From Perkinsus chesapeaki ATCC PRA-425 (Eukaryota > Protista > Perkinsozoa), in contig JAAPAO010000131.1 of NCBI GenBank assembly GCA_013115145.1, forward strand, positions 2,794-66,793: a stretch of 64,000 nt of DNA, given 5' to 3'. Position numbers and translations under genes: made by a program. Below the pieces are notes generated by a model, which was not told the DNA's origin, ran no database searches, and saw only the letters and a program-made list of their open reading frames with translations. Shown piece after piece: positions 59,621 through 64,000 of this stretch (its first letter is position 1; each line of letters starts with the position of its first letter).

Positions 59621-62600
59621 TCATTGCTGTTTAACAATCTTTAAAGGATGAGCTTCTGTATTCAGAACATACTCATCCAAGTTCAACACATGCCGTGGCG
59701 CCAAGGTCAAGTAGAGGTACTTCAATGTTTCCGCTGTGAAGAAGGATTCTTGCTCGTTCTTCGTCTTGGCCGGTATCTCGTTAATATTATAAACCTATTT
59801 CAAAGCATTTACCTCCGAAGACACCCAAAAGGTCTTACAGCGGAATACCCGTACTCAACTTTCGCGTGCTTGTTAAGCGCAGACATCATCTCGTGAGCCC
59901 ATACGCGATACTTGGGATCACCTGGGACAGGAAAATATCCAAGCTGTTCGAGTGATGAATTGCTACCAGTGAAATAATGCATGTAAAAAATACTCTCTAT
60001 GACTTCTGGTCTAAGAATGTAATGTGCATCAGCCGTTTTATAGTGCCTATTAAAATACTATATAAATGACAGTACGGAGAGGGACAGATCACAGATCCTC
60101 TCCCTTGGCTGCATGCATGTTGAATTCGGCGACTTCCGGCCCCAAGCCCGTTTTTGAGCGAGCGTACCTGAACCACGATATTCAACGAAGGCTAGGATGA
60201 GGTAGCGGTACATCTGATGGCATGTTTCTGTAATGTCACGCGCCCATTTCTCCCATCGAGGATCGACACGCTCTCGCGGTAGGGTGCGGGCTCCAAGCAT
60301 AAGATTGCCGCCAATAAAGCAAGTAAGATGCTCCATACGATATCTCGGGCTGTTGAGCAAGTACAAGGCAGTGGTGAGCCGTCACGAGTCTTACCTTCCC
60401 GAGCGGAGCTCTCCGACAAAAGTGAGGCCAGCGTCCGTGGTGAATATCATTTTCTCGACTTCGGTCATGGTCTTTACCCAATAATCGAGGTGCCTACCAA
60501 TCACAATCTCCCTTCGTATGCCCCCACTTCAACCTCCTTTCTACTTCTCCTCGGTTTTATTGCTTTGTAGCCAAACCTTCAGCAGGTACTCAAAATAAGA
60601 GTCACCCATCGCCCCAAGCGAAATTACCGAACCTAGATGAGCGCTATGACTCGAACATTGAGGAGGCATCTCACCAGTGAACATGGGCCGGTCGGAGGCA
60701 AGCTCATACGGGACTAAGCCCTGGCTGCCGGCCGCCTTGAATATGAAGTCTTGGCACTTGTCGGCTGCCTCGGCATACTTATGGTCTCCTGTTTGTTCCG
60801 TAAGATACCGGAACTCTAGTTGGATAGTTCCAACCTTACAAGGACACAGATTGGGAGAACGTCATAAAGAGATCATAAAGTTGAGAATCTCAGCTTGAGA
60901 TCCATTTCCGAATCTCTCAGCATTAAAAAGTGCTGATACGATCCGGCATAGTAAACACAGCGTTCTATAGAGATAGCCCATGAGAGCTTACTTCAGCAAG
61001 GATGAAGCCAGACATCCACCCATTGCCAGAGCTATGCCCTGTACCGAGATCAATACGAGGATGAGGGCACCCGGCTGACTGGCTGAAGCCCTGAGGAGAA
61101 ACCCCGATACGAACGTGGCAAGATTGCGGTGAGGTTACGGTCATCATATGGTCAGCGGCTTCTCGCGCTTTGTCTAGAAAGACTTGCCGCCCACTGAGGC
61201 TGTGCGCGGAGAGCAGTCCGCCCAAGACGCGAATTGTTATTTCGAAAAATGAATGTAGTCCACGAGGAGTGTCGAATTCCAGATTATTCCTGAGAGATTG
61301 ATAAATAAAACTCCTTATGAATGCAGACGTACTTGATCCATTCCGTGGCCTCATCGAACTCTTCCTCGAGGCCCATGATCTTCAGTGTTGACAGCGAGTC
61401 TAGCATCGTCACAGCAGCGTTGCACCATCGCCTAGGAGCCGAGTCCTCCCTGTCGGCAATAGATTCTTACCTTCCCGGCCTGCCCGTTTCGGGAGCTATC
61501 TCATCTTCACCCCAGGCAGCCTTCTTGTACCCCTTCCACACATGCCTCATTGCTTCCCTTACCTCCTCTGCCCATTCAACCTGTAAGACAGTGGAGTATC
61601 TTAGAAGCGTGTTTAGTGTACGCTTCGAGCCTCAGACTCGGCTAACTCGGCCTCAGTGAAGTTCTCCAGCCACTCCGGTGGATATTTGCCGGAGGCTTTG
61701 CCGTCTCTCTTCACCTTGTCGGTGATGACCTATATAGTGACTTATCATTTTCAATTGTATGTACTACCCGCTCAAGGAACTTCTCCGAAGGCCCTCGACT
61801 GAGCCTTCCCTTGGCAACTTCGGCCATCTTAGGGGTATCTTTCTCAACTTGGTATGGCGGAAGCGACCTGTCATCCATAGGCTCCCTTGTATTTAGGTTA
61901 TAATATTTCTAGCATTTCGCCAGCCCACAGAGATTGAGCTAGCCTTGACATAACAGGCACCCACCGAAGAACACCGTGGGACTCACAAAGAAGGGATTCG
62001 GACATATGAGGCGTGAGTCTACTGCTAGCGGGCATCCTAAAGTGAACCGAAAGGCGCTCACCTATCAGTCGGCTCCCCTTTGAGGCTGTTATGATGATGC
62101 TGCTTCGGCAGTTCCTAAAATTCGGCTTTAGAGATGCCATATGATTCCCTTACCGTAGTGGAGGGGGCCTCAGCGACCGGCTGAATAACACTATCATGAT
62201 CATCCGTTTCAGACAAGCTTGCAAAAACACCAGCAAGTACCGCACTGTAAAAGATTCCCCTATCCGTCACAGTAATGCAACCCTTACTCCTGCGAATCTT
62301 TCGTGGTTACACTAGGCCTCTGACCACGCAATAGTTGTTGAAGCTCCCTTTGGGAAAGAATCTGAATTAGCCGCTCCGCTCGCCCCCTCCCAGCCAGTTC
62401 TTTTATTACCGATACCCTCCGCTCGGGAATGGAGTCTAGTAGAGTCAACGTTGTTAACGTTGAAACCATCAACAATATTATCACAAATGCTGAACATCCA
62501 GATAACGCCAGATACATCAACCAGGGCCGGCTTACCAAGTAAAAGATTCTTCTGGCCCGAGCTACGTGACGTGACGTCTTCAACAGAAGAGAACTTATTT

Positions 62601-62656
62601 TGAATTTGCCGACGTTTCTGGCCCTTTATCGCCTCCACATCAGCTACTAATGCCAT
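59621..62656 (-). CDS. MNS1: Class I alpha-1,2-mannosidase (GH47), type II membrane protein
   Basis: [17 protein letters not shown]; [74 protein letters not shown]. Confidence 0.92.
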
Positions 62657-62747
62657 TGTAAAGGTAATAACTAAGACTACTTTGAGCAATTAATAACGCA
62701 GTATCCTCTTTAATAACATCAGCAACACCAACAGCAATTATCCTCAA

Positions 62748-63283
62748 TTACATGAATGAATAGATCTTATCACAAATCGCATCATGCAAGGCTTTAAACG
62801 CGTTCCCTTTCTTCCCACCGGTGGTGACATACGCAAGATAGAGCATCTCTGTTGCGTACAGGCACTTCTTGCCTTTAGGCTGATCTTTGATATCGGTCAT
62901 CCCGTCTTTCAAGAGGTCAGCCACGTTAGTCGGGTGGCCTGCTTCCCCCGGTTTCTCGTATGTTAACACACCACCACGCAGTCTGGCAAATGCCCGTCCA
63001 TAATAGTAGCTTGCTCTGACTCACCCCATGAACTTGTCATCATCGCAAATGATCCTCGTGAGAGTAGCTTTGCCATTCTCCAAGCCGAAGGTAATCGGCT
63101 TGAGCGGTGTGATACTATTATTATACTTGATCACGCAGATGAAGGTTTCGACACCAGGCGAGGTTGCCTCACCTTCATGTTCTACAACATCACAAGCCCT
63201 CTGAGCAAGGAGACGGGATGACAGATCTCAATTGTTGCAATTACGACTAAGTCGTGAATCTCGCATAGGGCACTAGTGACCAT
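62748..63283 (-). CDS. Hypothetical small protein, possibly secreted
   Basis: Phase-compatible exons (...DDDKFMG|LRGGVLTYEKPG...DKIYSFM*). The upstream signal-peptide-like stretch is out of frame with the nearest ATG (63329). Confidence 0.4.
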
Positions 63284-64000
63284 AGAAAAAGATAGAATAA
63301 TGACGAAGGTCAAATTTTCCCCAAAACATTTACATTTTTACTACATCTTTAGGAAAATATAATGGACATTGATCGCCGATATGTCTATACGATTATTCGT
63401 TTTGCAGGGCCATCCCAGTTTGTCCCCTCAAACTCCAAGGCAGCGAATTAAGGACGGAAGAGCTCCACAGTTCAACTAGGGACCCATCTACCATTAAAGA
63501 GATGTATGCTTTGTGGGTCGGAAAGCGTTACCAGCGTGAAGTTATGATAGAAATCTTTGAAGGTTACGTACCCAAGTTCCCCTATAGAAAGATTTCCAGT
63601 GATCTCAACTAGTAAAGAAGCCTAATAAATGTTCCATTATTACTTGTATATAAGACTGAAGCCCTCCATTCCTAGTAACATCATGTGGCTTGGCCAGAAG
63701 CCTAGCTTGAGCTGAGGGTAGCAACAAGGTAACAATAACATAAATGAACAACATATTGGCGATTAGACTGATTGAAGGTAAGAAGGGATAAAACTACAAC
63801 TGAAATACGCGACAAGTAAGAATGCCATCAACCCGTAGCTAGGTGTTTCGAAGATTGGTAATAAGATTGTACTACCGTTCAATAATGAATCTATATCTAA
63901 ATAGCGTGCCCCGACAAAAACGTCCACAAATTAAATGGGTAAAAACGTCACATCCTCCAACTTCTACACTCCACTGCTTTCACCTCATTGACGGTACCTT

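Noticed and set aside
63420-63800. Exon-like minus-strand pieces with a signal-peptide-like stretch
   Set aside because: No start codon or reliable exon chain within the window.
1-64000. CRISPR arrays, rRNA, spliced-leader RNA genes, transposase or reverse-transcriptase ORFs
   Set aside because: No repeat-spacer periodicity or diagnostic motifs seen by eye; not excluded without Infernal/RepeatMasker.

Overview
Gene-dense eukaryotic DNA with short GT-AG introns (mostly ~40-70 nt) and one 99-N assembly gap (27791-27889). Intron style and gene content point to a Perkinsus-like alveolate (inference, not database-checked). I resolved about 24 protein-coding genes by manual splicing, so spans are approximate where stated. 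They include a creatine-kinase-type gene with at least three tandem kinase domains behind a C2-like and a Dpy-30/RIIa-like module (largely missed by the ORF track because it runs off the window), a trunk-less alpha-adaptin-ear protein, MoaA followed by 22 in-frame TGA codons, and a receiver-domain/pseudo-cyclase/coiled-coil protein. Others are ArfGAP, MgtE, a PAM2 protein, ABHD17-like hydrolase, OEP61-like TPR protein, BT1 folate transporter, RPC2, kinesin-3, two tandem secreted NLS-like paralogs, an ABCF with unusual extensions, DTD, an HMG-box protein, GSK3, two DRAM/Frag1 paralogs and a GH47 mannosidase. No CRISPR, rRNA or intact transposon was recognised. The best candidates for undescribed biology are the anchored multi-domain creatine kinase, the REC-pseudocyclase, the orphan adaptin ear and the secreted SP+NLS pair.
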